From: an uncultured Bacteriovoracaceae bacterium
GTDB lineage: Bacteria > Desulfobacterota > Desulfomonilia > UBA1062
NCBI GenBank assembly: GCA_964618975.1
Contig: CAZUDI010000003.1
Coordinates: forward strand, 61,962 to 125,961
DNA length: 64,000 bases
Direction: 5' to 3'
The notes beneath the pieces were generated by a model. It did not search any database and was not told where the DNA came from. It was given only the letters and a program-made list of their open reading frames with translations. Made by a program: the position numbers and the translations under genes. This document shows, in pieces, positions 9,042 through 20,633 of the stretch (positions are counted from its first letter, which is position 1; each line of letters opens with the position of its first letter).

Positions 9042-10836
9042 CCGAGATCCCCTTCAGGAAATAATACCCCTTGATCACGTCCCTGACAATCGGCGCGGCG
9101 ATGGACCCGCCGTGCCCGCCGTGCTCCACCACCGCCACCACGAGGATCTCCGGGCTCTCCACCGGCGAGAAACCGAAAAACCAGGCGTGGTCTCGTACCT
9201 TGTACGGCAAATCGGACTCGTCCATGAGCTTCGAGGAATAACCCCGGGCCACCTGTGCCGTCCCGGTCTTGCCGCCCACCGAGAACATGGGGTCGCGGAT
9301 GCCCCGGCCGGTGCCGTACTCACCCTCCACCACGGCGCGCAGGGCCTCCTTGATGGCGTCCAGGTCCCCGGGGGCCACCTCCAGCCTGCGCTCCAGTCGC
9401 AACGGAGAGGATAGGATCAGACGCGGGGTGTAGACATACCCCCCGTTCACCACGCTGCTCATGGCCTTGGCCACCTGCAGCGGGGTCACAAGCGTGAATC
9501 CCTGCCCGATGGCGGTGATGATCGTCTCACCGGGATGCCACGGCTTGCCGAAGCGCCGCAGCTTCCATTCGCGGCTGGGGATGAGCCCCGAGACCTCATC
9601 GGCGAGCTCGATACCGGTGGGATGTCCGAAACCCAGTTCGGATGCCACGCGCGTGATGGTGTCGATCCCCACTTCCTCGCCGAGTTGGTAGAAATAGCTG
9701 TCGCATGATTCGGCCAGGGCCTTCTTGAGGGATACCTCCCCGTGACCGGTGGGCTTCCAGCAACGATAGGTGTTGGTTCCGAGCGTATAGGCCCCTGAAC
9801 AGTAATAGGCCTTCTGGGGGGTGATCACATTCGCCCCCAGGCCCGCCAGGGCCACCGCCACCTTGAAGATCGACCCCGGAGGATACTGCCCCCTCAGCGC
9901 CCGGTTCTCCAGGGGGTGCAGGGGGTCCTCGATGACCTGCCGCCACATCTCCGGGGCCATGGGGGTCAAAAACATGTTGGGATCGAACTGGGGGCCGCTG
10001 GTCAGGGCGAGGATCTCGCCCGTCCGGGGGGAGATGGCCACCACGGCCCCGGCCCTCTCGCCCAGGGAATCCTGGGCGATGACCTGCAGCGAGCGGTCGA
10101 TGGTCAGCCGCACTTCCTCTCCCGGCACCGGGGTGTGCTCCGAGAGCACCTTGATCTTGCGGCCGATGGCGTCCACCTCGAAGATACGAATCCCCTTGGT
10201 GCCTTTGAGCCGCGTCTCACAGGCACGCTCCATCCCGTTCTTGCCCTCGAGATCACCCGGGGCATATTCTCCGTCCGAGGCCTGTTTGAGGGTCTCCCGC
10301 GACACCTCGCCCAGGAATCCCAGACAGTGGGAGGCCAACTCCTTGTATACGTAATCCCGCTCGGTGGAGGCCTCGATGGAGACCCCGGGCAGGTTGAAGA
10401 TCTCGGATTCGATGCGGGCCATCTCCACGAAGGTGATGTCGCGTGCGAGATAGACCGGGTCGTACGGTCGGGAGAGACCCGTGACAATCTTCTGTCGGAT
10501 CTCCTTGGTATCCTGCTCCAGCAGAGTGGCCAGGCGGGTAGCGATGGAATCCGGGTCGGCGATATCCTTGGGCATCACCGTGAGGTTGTATGCCGGGCGG
10601 TTATCCGCCAGAACGACCCCGTGGCGGTCCAGGATCTTGCCACGCGGCGCCTTGAGGCTGACGATGCGGATGCGGTTGTTCTGGGCGAGCCCCTCATAGT
10701 AGCCCCCCTTGAAGATCTGCATATGGACCAGTCGCATCACGAGTGAGAGCAGGAGGATAAAAACCAGCAGGGTGATGAAACGCGCGCGCAGTCGCAGTTC
10801 CTCGTCCAACTCCGGTCCGGTGATCTTAGGGTTCAT
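9013..10836 (-). CDS. mrdA: penicillin-binding protein 2 (peptidoglycan D,D-transpeptidase MrdA)
   Basis: Start set at MNPKITGPELDEELRLRARFITLLVFILL (ATG 10836), overlapping the mreD stop. Has the transpeptidase motifs SIFK (SxxK), 'SCDSYFY' and the 'KTGTAQ' (KTG) box. Confidence 0.9.
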   Translation of the reverse strand: MNPKITGPELDEELRLRARFITLLVFILLLSLVMRLVHMQIFKGGYYEGLAQNNRIRIVSLKAPRGKILDRHGVVLADNRPAYNLTVMPKDIADPDSIATRLATLLEQDTKEIRQKIVTGLSRPYDPVYLARDITFVEMARIESEIFNLPGVSIEASTERDYVYKELASHCLGFLGEVSRETLKQASDGEYAPGDLEGKNGMERACETRLKGTKGIRIFEVDAIGRKIKVLSEHTPVPGEEVRLTIDRSLQVIAQDSLGERAGAVVAISPRTGEILALTSGPQFDPNMFLTPMAPEMWRQVIEDPLHPLENRALRGQYPPGSIFKVAVALAGLGANVITPQKAYYCSGAYTLGTNTYRCWKPTGHGEVSLKKALAESCDSYFYQLGEEVGIDTITRVASELGFGHPTGIELADEVSGLIPSREWKLRRFGKPWHPGETIITAIGQGFTLVTPLQVAKAMSSVVNGGYVYTPRLILSSPLRLERRLEVAPGDLDAIKEALRAVVEGEYGTGRGIRDPMFSVGGKTGTAQVARGYSSKLMDESDLPYKVRDHAWFFGFSPVESPEILVVAVVEHGGHGGSIAAPIVRDVIKGYYFLKGISDEQIFEGNR

Positions 10837-11285
10837 AGGCCACCCTGATAAGGCCCACGAGTCCCACCAGAAGCGGGGTGGCCAGGCCTGTGAGCACGGC
10901 ACTGAGCAGAAAGGCGGGCAGGCCATGCGCCAGGGGTACGACGTCGGCAAAGAAGGCGGCGGTAAGGACAATCATGACATACAGCCCCAAGCCCACCACC
11001 CCCTGGGCCAGGGTATTTTCGAGATAGATGAGGTTGCGCAGAAAATCGGCCAGGAGGTAGGACAGGACATACACGAAGGGGAAATACCCCAGCCTGGCTC
11101 CCGTGAATGCCTGCAGGATCACGGAGCAAGCTAGCACGAACAGGAAGCCCCGGGCAAAGGGACGGTAGATAATCACGCCCAGGACCATCCCCAGGAAGAG
11201 ATCAACCCTCAAGGCCGGTAGCATCAGGGGTAACAGCGTCGCCTCGAGCAGCACGACCACTACGAAGACACCGGCCAGGATCGCT

Positions 11286-11299
<14 letters not shown>
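10826..11299 (-). CDS. mreD: rod shape-determining protein MreD
   Basis: 157 aa polytopic membrane protein immediately downstream of mreC, in the conserved mreBCD order. Confidence 0.8.
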
Positions 11300-13153
<1,854 letters not shown>

Positions 13154-13268
13154 TCAATGAGGTATGTGTCTTCCACATTTATCAAATACCCATTTCTTTT
13201 ACAAGCAACTATCTGGTAAACCCTCATTATTGCGAAAATATCCTTCTTGTGATATCGAGGCAGGCACC

Positions 13269-14228
13269 ATGCAGAACACCATCAGTATCATACTGGCCGC
13301 CGGAAAGGGAACGCGGATGAAGTCCGCCCTCCCTAAAGTTCTCCATGAGATCCTGGGGTTGCCGCTCATATACTACCCCATTACCCTGGCTGAGGCCTTC
13401 AGCAACGTGGTGGCGGTGGTGGTGGGCCACGGTCGGGAGCAGGTGGAAGAGAGGCTTTTACCCTTTCAGGTTCGCACCGTGGTTCAGGATCCCCCCCTCG
13501 GCACGGGACATGCCGTGCTGCAGGCCCGGGATATCCTGTGTGAGTGCCCCTTTGAGAACGTCATCGTCCTGCCCGGCGACATGCCACTCGTCGACAAGGC
13601 CTCCCTTAAGGGGCTCATCGACCTTCAGACCTCTTCTCACGCCGCCCTGGGCGTCCTGACCGCCACCCTCGACGACCCTACTGGCTACGGCCGCATCCTT
13701 CGGGATCAAGACGGCCGGGTGCGGGCCATCGTGGAACACAGCGAGGCCAGTCAGGAGGAGCGCTCCATCCGCGAGATCAACACCGGGGTCTATGTCATCC
13801 GCCGCGACTTCCTGCTCGAGGCCGCTTCGCGCCTGGCGCCGGACAATACCAAGGGTGAATTCTACCTGACGGATATCGTCGCCATGGCGCCCGACGCCGT
13901 CGGGTTCCCCATGGCCGACGCCGAAGGTGCGCATGGCATCAACTCCCAGGCCCAGCTCGCCTGGGCGGCCGGAATCATGCAGCAGCGCATCAACCGCGCC
14001 CATATGGATGAGGGACTTACCCTCATAGACCCGCACACAACCTGGATCAGCCCCCTGACACGCCTCGGACGTGACGTGACCGTCTGGCCCAACGTCCACA
14101 TCCTGGGTGAAAGCGTGGTCGGGGATCACGTCACCATCCTTCCCAACACCTGGATCAGGGACGCCTGCATCGCCAGCGGCCGCAGCGTCCCCCCCGGAAG
14201 CATCATCGAGGGTAAATCTGCCGTCTAA
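13269..14228 (+). CDS. GlmU-like sugar-1-phosphate nucleotidyltransferase with a truncated left-handed beta-helix (320 aa)
   Basis: 'IILAAGKGTRMKSALPKVLH' is the GlmU uridyltransferase signature. The pyrophosphorylase domain is complete, but only about 3 hexapeptide turns remain before the stop at 14228, and no acetyltransferase-domain continuation exists in any frame before lon. Confidence 0.65.
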   Translation: MQNTISIILAAGKGTRMKSALPKVLHEILGLPLIYYPITLAEAFSNVVAVVVGHGREQVEERLLPFQVRTVVQDPPLGTGHAVLQARDILCECPFENVIVLPGDMPLVDKASLKGLIDLQTSSHAALGVLTATLDDPTGYGRILRDQDGRVRAIVEHSEASQEERSIREINTGVYVIRRDFLLEAASRLAPDNTKGEFYLTDIVAMAPDAVGFPMADAEGAHGINSQAQLAWAAGIMQQRINRAHMDEGLTLIDPHTTWISPLTRLGRDVTVWPNVHILGESVVGDHVTILPNTWIRDACIASGRSVPPGSIIEGKSAV

Positions 14229-14309
14229 GGCGCCCGGCGAACCACTGGCGTCATCTCCGCCGCCCGGAGATGGATTGACAACCCAGGCCGCTTCACCTAC
14301 AAGAAAGGC

Positions 14310-16739
14310 ATGGGCTGGATCAAAAACCTGTTCTATCAGAGTGGCGACCTGCAAGGCGATGTAGTACAAGCGGAGAGCTTCCCCTCCATCCTTCCGGTCC
14401 TGCCGCTCAAGGACGCCATCCTGATGCCCGAGGCCATCCTGCCTCTGATCGTGTCCCACCCCTCATCCATCGATCTCATCCGGTCATTCCACAAACGCGG
14501 CGAGGCCATCATCGCCGTGGGCATGCGTGAGCCCAAGGACATTCATCGCGCCACTTGGGACAACCTCCACCGTGTGGGGTGTGTGGCCAGGATTACCAAG
14601 ATTACCGAGGACGACAGCGGGGAGCTCTCCATCATGATCAAGGGCATCCGCAAGGCCGCGCTCGAGGAGATGCTCTCCGAGGATCCCTACCTGCGGGCAC
14701 GGGTGACCTACCTCAGTGAAGACCTGTCCCTGAACAAGCACGTGCTCGCCACGGCCCACTCCACCCGCGAACTCCTCAACCAGCTGGCGCGCCTGTCCTA
14801 CCACAACATGGACCCCATCCTGGCCAATCTCGCCAAGATCAAGGACCCGCTCATCCTCTTCAGCACCTGCGCCACGACCCTGCCCATCCCCGTGCGCCGC
14901 AAGCAGGAGATCCTGGAGACCGAGCCCCTGCAGCAAAAGTTCACCATGCTCTACCTCGCCCTCAAGGAGGAGCTCGACATCCTCGAGCTCTCCACCCGCA
15001 TCACGGAGACCGCCAAGGACGAAATCAGCCATGCGCAGCGCGAGTATTACCTGAGGCAGCAGCTCAAGGCCATCAAGAAGGAACTCGGGGAAGGCGCGGA
15101 TCCTGACAGCGAGATGGAGGATCTGGAAAAGGAGCTCAAGGACAAGGCTCTCCCGGACGAGGTGACCACCGACGTACAGAAGGACCTCAAGCGCATCGCC
15201 CGCATGCAGCCCGGATCCTCTGAATATGTCACTATCCGCACCTACTTGGACTGGATCCTCGACCTCCCCTGGCACGAGCAGACCGAGGACAACCTCGAAA
15301 TCGCCGCCGTCGAGGAGATCCTCAACGAAGACCACTTCGACCTCGCGCGTCCCAAAAAACGCATCCTGGAGTTCCTGGCAGTCAAGAAACTCAAGGGCGA
15401 CCTCAAGGGCCCCATCCTGTGCTTCGTGGGCCCCCCCGGGGTGGGCAAGACCTCGCTCGGCAAGTCCATCGCCCGCGCCATGGGCCGCACCTTCGTGCGC
15501 ATCTCGCTGGGCGGCGTGAGAGACGAGGCCGAGATCAGGGGCCACCGGCGCACCTATATCGGCGCCATGCCGGGCCGCATCATCAACGGCATCAAACAGG
15601 CCCAGACCATAAATCCGGTCTTCATGCTGGACGAGATCGACAAACTCACCCAGGACATCCACGGGGACCCGGCCTCGGCCCTGCTCGAGGCCCTGGACCC
15701 GGAACAGAACAACAAGTTCGTCGATCACTACCTCAACGTCCCCTACGACCTCTCGGCGGTCTTCTTCATCACCACCGCCAACGTGGTCGACAACATCCCG
15801 CCGGCCCTCAGGGACCGGCTCGAGATCGTGGAAATCGAGGGCTACACCCAGGAGGACAAGCTCCAGATCGCCCGGGAATACCTCATCCCCAAGGAGCTCC
15901 GGGCCAACGGCCTGGATGAGACCCCCGTCACCTTCCGCGATGAGGCCGTCACCCACATCATCCGGCACTATACACGCGAATCCGGTGTGCGCAACCTCCA
16001 GCGCGAAATCGCCTCGGTCCTGCGGGTGATCGCCTCCCGCGTCGCCCGACAGGGCCCCTCCCCCTTCGAGATCGACCGGGAGTTCATCGAGGAGGCCCTG
16101 GGGGCGGTGCGTTTCATCCCCGAGGTCAAGGAGCGCACCCGCATCCCGGGCATCGCCACCGGGCTGGCCTGGACCCCCTACGGGGGCGAGATCCTCTTCG
16201 TGGAAAGCGCCCTGGTCCAGGCCAAGGAGGAGATGATCCTCACCGGACAGATGGGCGACGTCATGAAGGAATCCGCCCGCATCGCGCTCAGCCTGATCAA
16301 GGGCACCGCCTGCGGCCTCAGTGAGAAGGCGTCTCTCCACATCCATGTCCCGGCCGGCGCCATCCCCAAGGACGGCCCCTCGGCCGGGGTCACCATGGTG
16401 ACCTCCCTCGTCTCGCTCCTGACCGGCCAGGTGGTACGGGAGAACCTCGCCATGACCGGGGAGATCACCCTCAGAGGCGTGGTGCTGCCCGTGGGCGGGA
16501 TCAAGGAGAAGGTCCTCGCCGCCCGGCGCGCCGGCATCACCGAGGTGATCCTGCCCCGCATGAACGAAAAGGACCTGCGTGACATCGAATCAGACGCCCG
16601 GCGGGATCTCACGGTGCATTTCGTGGAGGGGATCGACGAGGTACTGCACCTGGCCTTCCCGCAGGCCACCGACAGGCTCCTGACCCTCATCCCCCTGGTA
16701 CCCCACCCCCCCGACAAGGGGATCGGCCTCAGAGCGTAG
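14310..16739 (+). CDS. lon: ATP-dependent protease Lon
   Basis: 809 aa with a LON N-terminal domain, Walker A 'GPPGVGKTS', and the protease motif 'PKDGPSAGVTMVTSLVSLL' carrying the catalytic Ser. Confidence 0.95.
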   Translation: MGWIKNLFYQSGDLQGDVVQAESFPSILPVLPLKDAILMPEAILPLIVSHPSSIDLIRSFHKRGEAIIAVGMREPKDIHRATWDNLHRVGCVARITKITEDDSGELSIMIKGIRKAALEEMLSEDPYLRARVTYLSEDLSLNKHVLATAHSTRELLNQLARLSYHNMDPILANLAKIKDPLILFSTCATTLPIPVRRKQEILETEPLQQKFTMLYLALKEELDILELSTRITETAKDEISHAQREYYLRQQLKAIKKELGEGADPDSEMEDLEKELKDKALPDEVTTDVQKDLKRIARMQPGSSEYVTIRTYLDWILDLPWHEQTEDNLEIAAVEEILNEDHFDLARPKKRILEFLAVKKLKGDLKGPILCFVGPPGVGKTSLGKSIARAMGRTFVRISLGGVRDEAEIRGHRRTYIGAMPGRIINGIKQAQTINPVFMLDEIDKLTQDIHGDPASALLEALDPEQNNKFVDHYLNVPYDLSAVFFITTANVVDNIPPALRDRLEIVEIEGYTQEDKLQIAREYLIPKELRANGLDETPVTFRDEAVTHIIRHYTRESGVRNLQREIASVLRVIASRVARQGPSPFEIDREFIEEALGAVRFIPEVKERTRIPGIATGLAWTPYGGEILFVESALVQAKEEMILTGQMGDVMKESARIALSLIKGTACGLSEKASLHIHVPAGAIPKDGPSAGVTMVTSLVSLLTGQVVRENLAMTGEITLRGVVLPVGGIKEKVLAARRAGITEVILPRMNEKDLRDIESDARRDLTVHFVEGIDEVLHLAFPQATDRLLTLIPLVPHPPDKGIGLRA

Positions 16740-18006
16740 CCAGGGCCTCCCGGCAGGCCTCCAGCGTCTGCCCGATCACCTCCGGGGAATGCGCCGTGCT
16801 CACAAAGAACGCTTCGAAGGGGGACGGGGCCACATAGACCCCCTTTTCCAGCAGGGCGTGAAAGAAGCGCGTGTAGCGTTGCGCGTCCGCGGACATGACC
16901 CCCTCGAAATCCCTGACCGCACCGTCCTGGAAAAACAGACCCGCCATGGAGCCCACGCGATTGATCGCCAGGGGGATCCCTTGCCGGGCGGCCGCATCCT
17001 CAAGCCCGTCGGTGAGGGTCTCCATGGTACGGGCAAGACCGGCATAGGGGGACTCGTCCCGCAGTACCTTAAGCGTCGCCAGGCCGGCGGCCATGGCCAG
17101 GGGATTGCCGGAGAGCGTCCCCGCCTGATAGACCGGGCCTTCGGGCGCCAGCAGACGCATGATCTCCTGCCGGCCACCAAAGGCGCCCACCGGCAGGCCG
17201 CCGCCGATGATTTTACCCAGACAGGTGAGATCAGGGCGGATGCCGCACAGGTCCTGATAGCCGCCCAAGCACAGGCGGAAGCCCGTAATCACCTCGTCGA
17301 AGATAAGCAGGGCGCCGCGCTCACGGGTCTCGTGGCGCAGGACCTCCAGAAAGCCCTTCTGCGGCAGGATCACACCCATGTTACCGCCGATGGGCTCCAC
17401 GATGACCGCGGCCACCGCGTCCCCGCGTTGCGCCATGAACTCCCGGAAGATGCGGGTGTCGTTATAGGGCAACACGGCCGTGGTGGCGGCCAAGGACTGC
17501 GGTATGCCTGCTGAATCGGGCTTTCCCAGGGTGAGCGCCCCGGAACCCGCCTTGACGAGCAGGGCGTCCACGTGCCCGTGGTAGCAGCCCTCGAACTTGA
17601 CGATGATCTCCCGGCCCGTGCCGGCGCGGGCCAGCCTCAGGGCACTCATGGTGGCCTCGGTGCCGGAATTGACGAAACGCACCCGCTCCATCGAGGGCAT
17701 CGCCTGGCAGATCAGCTCGGCCATCTGTACCTCGAGCTCGGTGGGCGCCCCGTAACTGGTACCGGCCTCGGCCTGGATTTTCAACGCCTCCACCACGGCC
17801 GGGTGCGCATGCCCCAGGATCAGGGGCCCCCAGGAGAGCACGTGATCGATATAGCGGTTTCCCTCGACATCATAGAGGTGGGGTCCTTTTGCCCGCGCAA
17901 TGAAACGTGGTGTTCCCCCCACCCTGGCGAACGACCGCACCGGGGAATTCACCCCCCCGGGGATCCTGGCCTTGGCCCGCGCGAACAGTTCCGTATTCCT
18001 ATTCAC
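16729..18006 (-). CDS. hemL: glutamate-1-semialdehyde 2,1-aminomutase
   Basis: 'ARIPGGVNSPVRSF' N-terminus and a class-III aminotransferase PLP fold. Start set at GTG 18006 (GGGGAGGA RBS 5 nt upstream); ATG 18024 is an alternative. The 3' end overlaps the lon 3' end by 11 bp (convergent). Confidence 0.9.
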   Translation of the reverse strand: MNRNTELFARAKARIPGGVNSPVRSFARVGGTPRFIARAKGPHLYDVEGNRYIDHVLSWGPLILGHAHPAVVEALKIQAEAGTSYGAPTELEVQMAELICQAMPSMERVRFVNSGTEATMSALRLARAGTGREIIVKFEGCYHGHVDALLVKAGSGALTLGKPDSAGIPQSLAATTAVLPYNDTRIFREFMAQRGDAVAAVIVEPIGGNMGVILPQKGFLEVLRHETRERGALLIFDEVITGFRLCLGGYQDLCGIRPDLTCLGKIIGGGLPVGAFGGRQEIMRLLAPEGPVYQAGTLSGNPLAMAAGLATLKVLRDESPYAGLARTMETLTDGLEDAAARQGIPLAINRVGSMAGLFFQDGAVRDFEGVMSADAQRYTRFFHALLEKGVYVAPSPFEAFFVSTAHSPEVIGQTLEACREALATL

Positions 18007-18481
18007 CGTCGTCCTCCCCAACATACTGCATGGAAACCTTCTTGAGCTCCCGCACACTCCAGTAGATCCGATAATCCTCGCAGGCAAGCTCGCAGGCAAG
18101 CTCATGGACGAGGTCCTCCACCTCCTGGCGGGTAGTCCCGTGGACCATGGAAAAGATCCGGTAGGCACCGAAGGCTGGCCGCTCGTAGCAGTGGGTGACT
18201 TCCGGGTGCCGGGCGATCAGCCGGCCCACACGATCGCTCTCGGCCTCGGAAACAGCCCAGACTACCATGGCGTTGGCGCGTATCCCGACCTCCTGGTGAC
18301 GGAGGATCGCCTTGAATTCGCGGATGATGCCCTGGGCCTTCAGGGTCCTGATGCGCTCCAGCAGCTCGTCGGGAGCGATGCCGAGCTCCCGGGCCCAGGC
18401 ATCGAAAGGCTGCCTCCCGGCGGGAAGATCGCCCTGCACGCGCCGCAGGATGGCCCTGTCCCTGCTGTCCAGTTGTCGCAT
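17999..18481 (-). CDS. Lrp/AsnC-fold protein resembling siroheme decarboxylase AhbA/AhbB (NirD/L/G/H family)
   Basis: 160 aa. N-terminal HTH 'LDSRDRAILRRVQGDLP', C-terminal RAM-like domain ending 'YRIYWSVRELKK'. Sits immediately upstream of hemL with a small overlap, suggesting co-transcription. Confidence 0.5.
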   Translation of the reverse strand: MRQLDSRDRAILRRVQGDLPAGRQPFDAWARELGIAPDELLERIRTLKAQGIIREFKAILRHQEVGIRANAMVVWAVSEAESDRVGRLIARHPEVTHCYERPAFGAYRIFSMVHGTTRQEVEDLVHELACELACEDYRIYWSVRELKKVSMQYVGEDDGE

Positions 18482-18586
18482 GGGTATTGATCTATCCCCA
18501 ACTTATGAGTTAATTCAAGGAAAAACAGCCCGACGCGCCCGGCGCGCCCCTCAAGGGCCACGGCCCGGGGGTCTGCCCCTGACGCT

Positions 18587-19036
18587 TCAGCGCGCCTCGG
18601 GCGCGGTCCCCTCGCAGAGGGCCAGCCAGGCCTGCTCGTCAGAGACGCGGTTGATGTGCAGACCGATTTCCATGGTCCCCGGCTCGACACGGATGATGTC
18701 GGCCCACAGGGTGAGGAGCTGGTCTTCCAGCTCGACCACCACCGCCTTGCCCACCAGTCCGCGAACCAGGGAGGGGGTGAGGCTTCCCCTGGTCTCGAAG
18801 GCCGTGCCCACCACCCGGACCATGAACCCCCGGCTGGAGATGTTGAGTGTATCCACCAGACCGTAGATCTGGCGGCTGGACTGCCGGATGCGGGCGGACA
18901 GATCTGTGAAATGCAGGCTGATGCGGATCCGCGCCGGCAGTCTGGTCTCCCGGCGCGGATAGGTCCTGCGCTCCGGATGCGATCCCCTGGCATCCTCAGG
19001 CGCCCCCACCCTTTCCCTCGGCTCCCTATCCTGCAT
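18587..19036 (-). CDS. stand-alone PilZ domain protein (c-di-GMP receptor)
   Basis: 'RRETRLPARIRIS' (the RxxxR motif) and 'DTLNISSRGFMV' (the D/NxSxxG motif). GGGAGGGG RBS is upstream. Confidence 0.7.
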   Translation of the reverse strand: MQDREPRERVGAPEDARGSHPERRTYPRRETRLPARIRISLHFTDLSARIRQSSRQIYGLVDTLNISSRGFMVRVVGTAFETRGSLTPSLVRGLVGKAVVVELEDQLLTLWADIIRVEPGTMEIGLHINRVSDEQAWLALCEGTAPEAR

Positions 19037-19060
19037 GGATCCCCTCCCGTCTGCGGTTCT

Positions 19061-19483
19061 TCATTTCCGTCTGCGCCGCCACTCCTTGGGAAAGATGCTG
19101 ATGCCCTCCTGGTGCTCGTCACACAACCTTTTCCAGGCGTGCACATCGGACACCCGTTGGATGATGACGCCGAACTCCAGCGCCCTTTGCTCCACCCGGA
19201 CGATCTCGCCCCACAGCGTAACGCCCTCCCCGTCGAACTCCACCATGATCGGGCACCCCATGAGTTTCTGGCTATCCCCCGGGGCGAAGCTCTGGGCACC
19301 GGAAACAAGCGATCCATCGATCATGAGGCCCAGTCCGCCGATGCTTATGTTCACCGTCTCCACCAGGGCGCGGATCTCCTTGACGGCGGACCTGACCTTG
19401 GAGAACTGGTCCTCGAAGAGGCTGATGCGGATCTGACCCGGCAGGCGCGTGCTGATACGGTGGAATCGTCGTCTCTCGTCCAT
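19061..19483 (-). CDS. stand-alone PilZ domain protein (paralogue)
   Basis: 'RRRFHRISTRLPGQIRIS' and 'ETVNISIGGLGL' are the same PilZ motifs. Tandem with the previous gene. Confidence 0.7.
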   Translation of the reverse strand: MDERRRFHRISTRLPGQIRISLFEDQFSKVRSAVKEIRALVETVNISIGGLGLMIDGSLVSGAQSFAPGDSQKLMGCPIMVEFDGEGVTLWGEIVRVEQRALEFGVIIQRVSDVHAWKRLCDEHQEGISIFPKEWRRRRK

Positions 19484-19536
19484 GAACGTGGCCTCTCACA
19501 GACCTCTTCGTCCAACATATCCTTTTCCTTTAGTTT

Positions 19537-20568
19537 TTATTGCTGCGGGGCGCTCTCCGGCAGGACGACCATGAATGAATCCCATGCATAAAGCCGGTCT
19601 TCCCGCCGGCGAGCCGTGACAATGATACGATTGACCTTGCGGGTCAGCGCGATGGGACCCTCGCTGCTGAGAACCCCGGTCTCGGGATCGAACACCGCCG
19701 GCAGCCGCCCCCTCTCGGAGAGGAACATCTGGACCTGTCCTGACAGGTAGAGATGGGGATTGGCGAGGGTCAGGCGAATGTGTTCCAGGGTCCCTGAGGT
19801 GAGTCTGCCGTACGCCGGCTCCCGACGGACGATCATCAGCGGCGGGCTTATCAGCTTGGCGACGAAGGTATCCATCGTGATGTCCCGGCCCACGATGGCC
19901 TGTCGGGGGACCCGGCCGGGTTCGGCCCAGCCCCCTGTGTTTCCAGGGTCCGAGGTGAGCCCGAGCGTATAGCCCAGGTGGGATACGGCCTCCAGCACAC
20001 TGCCATCGTATTCCCCGAAGGGATAGGAAAACCATCGCACCGCATGCCCCAGGCCCTGTTCCAGGATCTCCTTCGAGAGCCTCATCTCGCGCACAGCCTC
20101 GCTCTGAGAAATATTCACCAGGCGGGGGTGGGTATGCGAATGGGAGCCAACCTCCCCCTTGTGCCGCTCCATCTCGCGCAACTGATCCCAGCTGACGAAA
20201 TGCTTTTCCCCGATCGCACGGGTGAAGACAAAGACCGAGAACGGATAGTCATAGGCCTTCAACACGGGAAAGGCCTTTTCATAGACCGAGCGATATCCGT
20301 CATCGATGGTGATGACCACCCCTCGGGAAGGCATCGCCTGCCGGCCGCAGAGTATGTCTTCCAGCTCTCTCAGGCAAAGCACCCGATAGTCATGCTCTTT
20401 AAGGTAGGCCATCTGGCGGGAGAATTCGGCGCTGGAGATCGAAGTGGAGGGGGAGTCCGCCTCGTCGAACTTGTGGTACAGCAGCACGCTGACATGGGCC
20501 TCGGCCGCAGCGCCCCCCCCCAGGAAAAAGATCATTACCGCCATAAGGATCTGCCGTACGTGCTTCAT
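19537..20568 (-). CDS. secreted polysaccharide deacetylase (NodB-homology, CE4 family)
   Basis: Signal peptide, then 'VLLYHKF', 'ITIDDGYRSVYEKAFPVLKAYDYPFSVFV' and an HxxxxH-type motif typical of CE4 deacetylases. Confidence 0.75.
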   Translation of the reverse strand: MKHVRQILMAVMIFFLGGGAAAEAHVSVLLYHKFDEADSPSTSISSAEFSRQMAYLKEHDYRVLCLRELEDILCGRQAMPSRGVVITIDDGYRSVYEKAFPVLKAYDYPFSVFVFTRAIGEKHFVSWDQLREMERHKGEVGSHSHTHPRLVNISQSEAVREMRLSKEILEQGLGHAVRWFSYPFGEYDGSVLEAVSHLGYTLGLTSDPGNTGGWAEPGRVPRQAIVGRDITMDTFVAKLISPPLMIVRREPAYGRLTSGTLEHIRLTLANPHLYLSGQVQMFLSERGRLPAVFDPETGVLSSEGPIALTRKVNRIIVTARRREDRLYAWDSFMVVLPESAPQQ

Positions 20569-20633
20569 GGCGCCCCCCTGGTTTTCATATCATGTAGGGT
20601 ATAATTGTGAAACCCACCCGATGGAATAGCGCC

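Noticed and set aside
16729-16739. 11-bp overlap of convergent lon and hemL 3' ends as a regulatory feature
   Set aside because: Short convergent 3' overlaps are common in compact genomes. There is no hairpin or other signal beyond the overlap itself.
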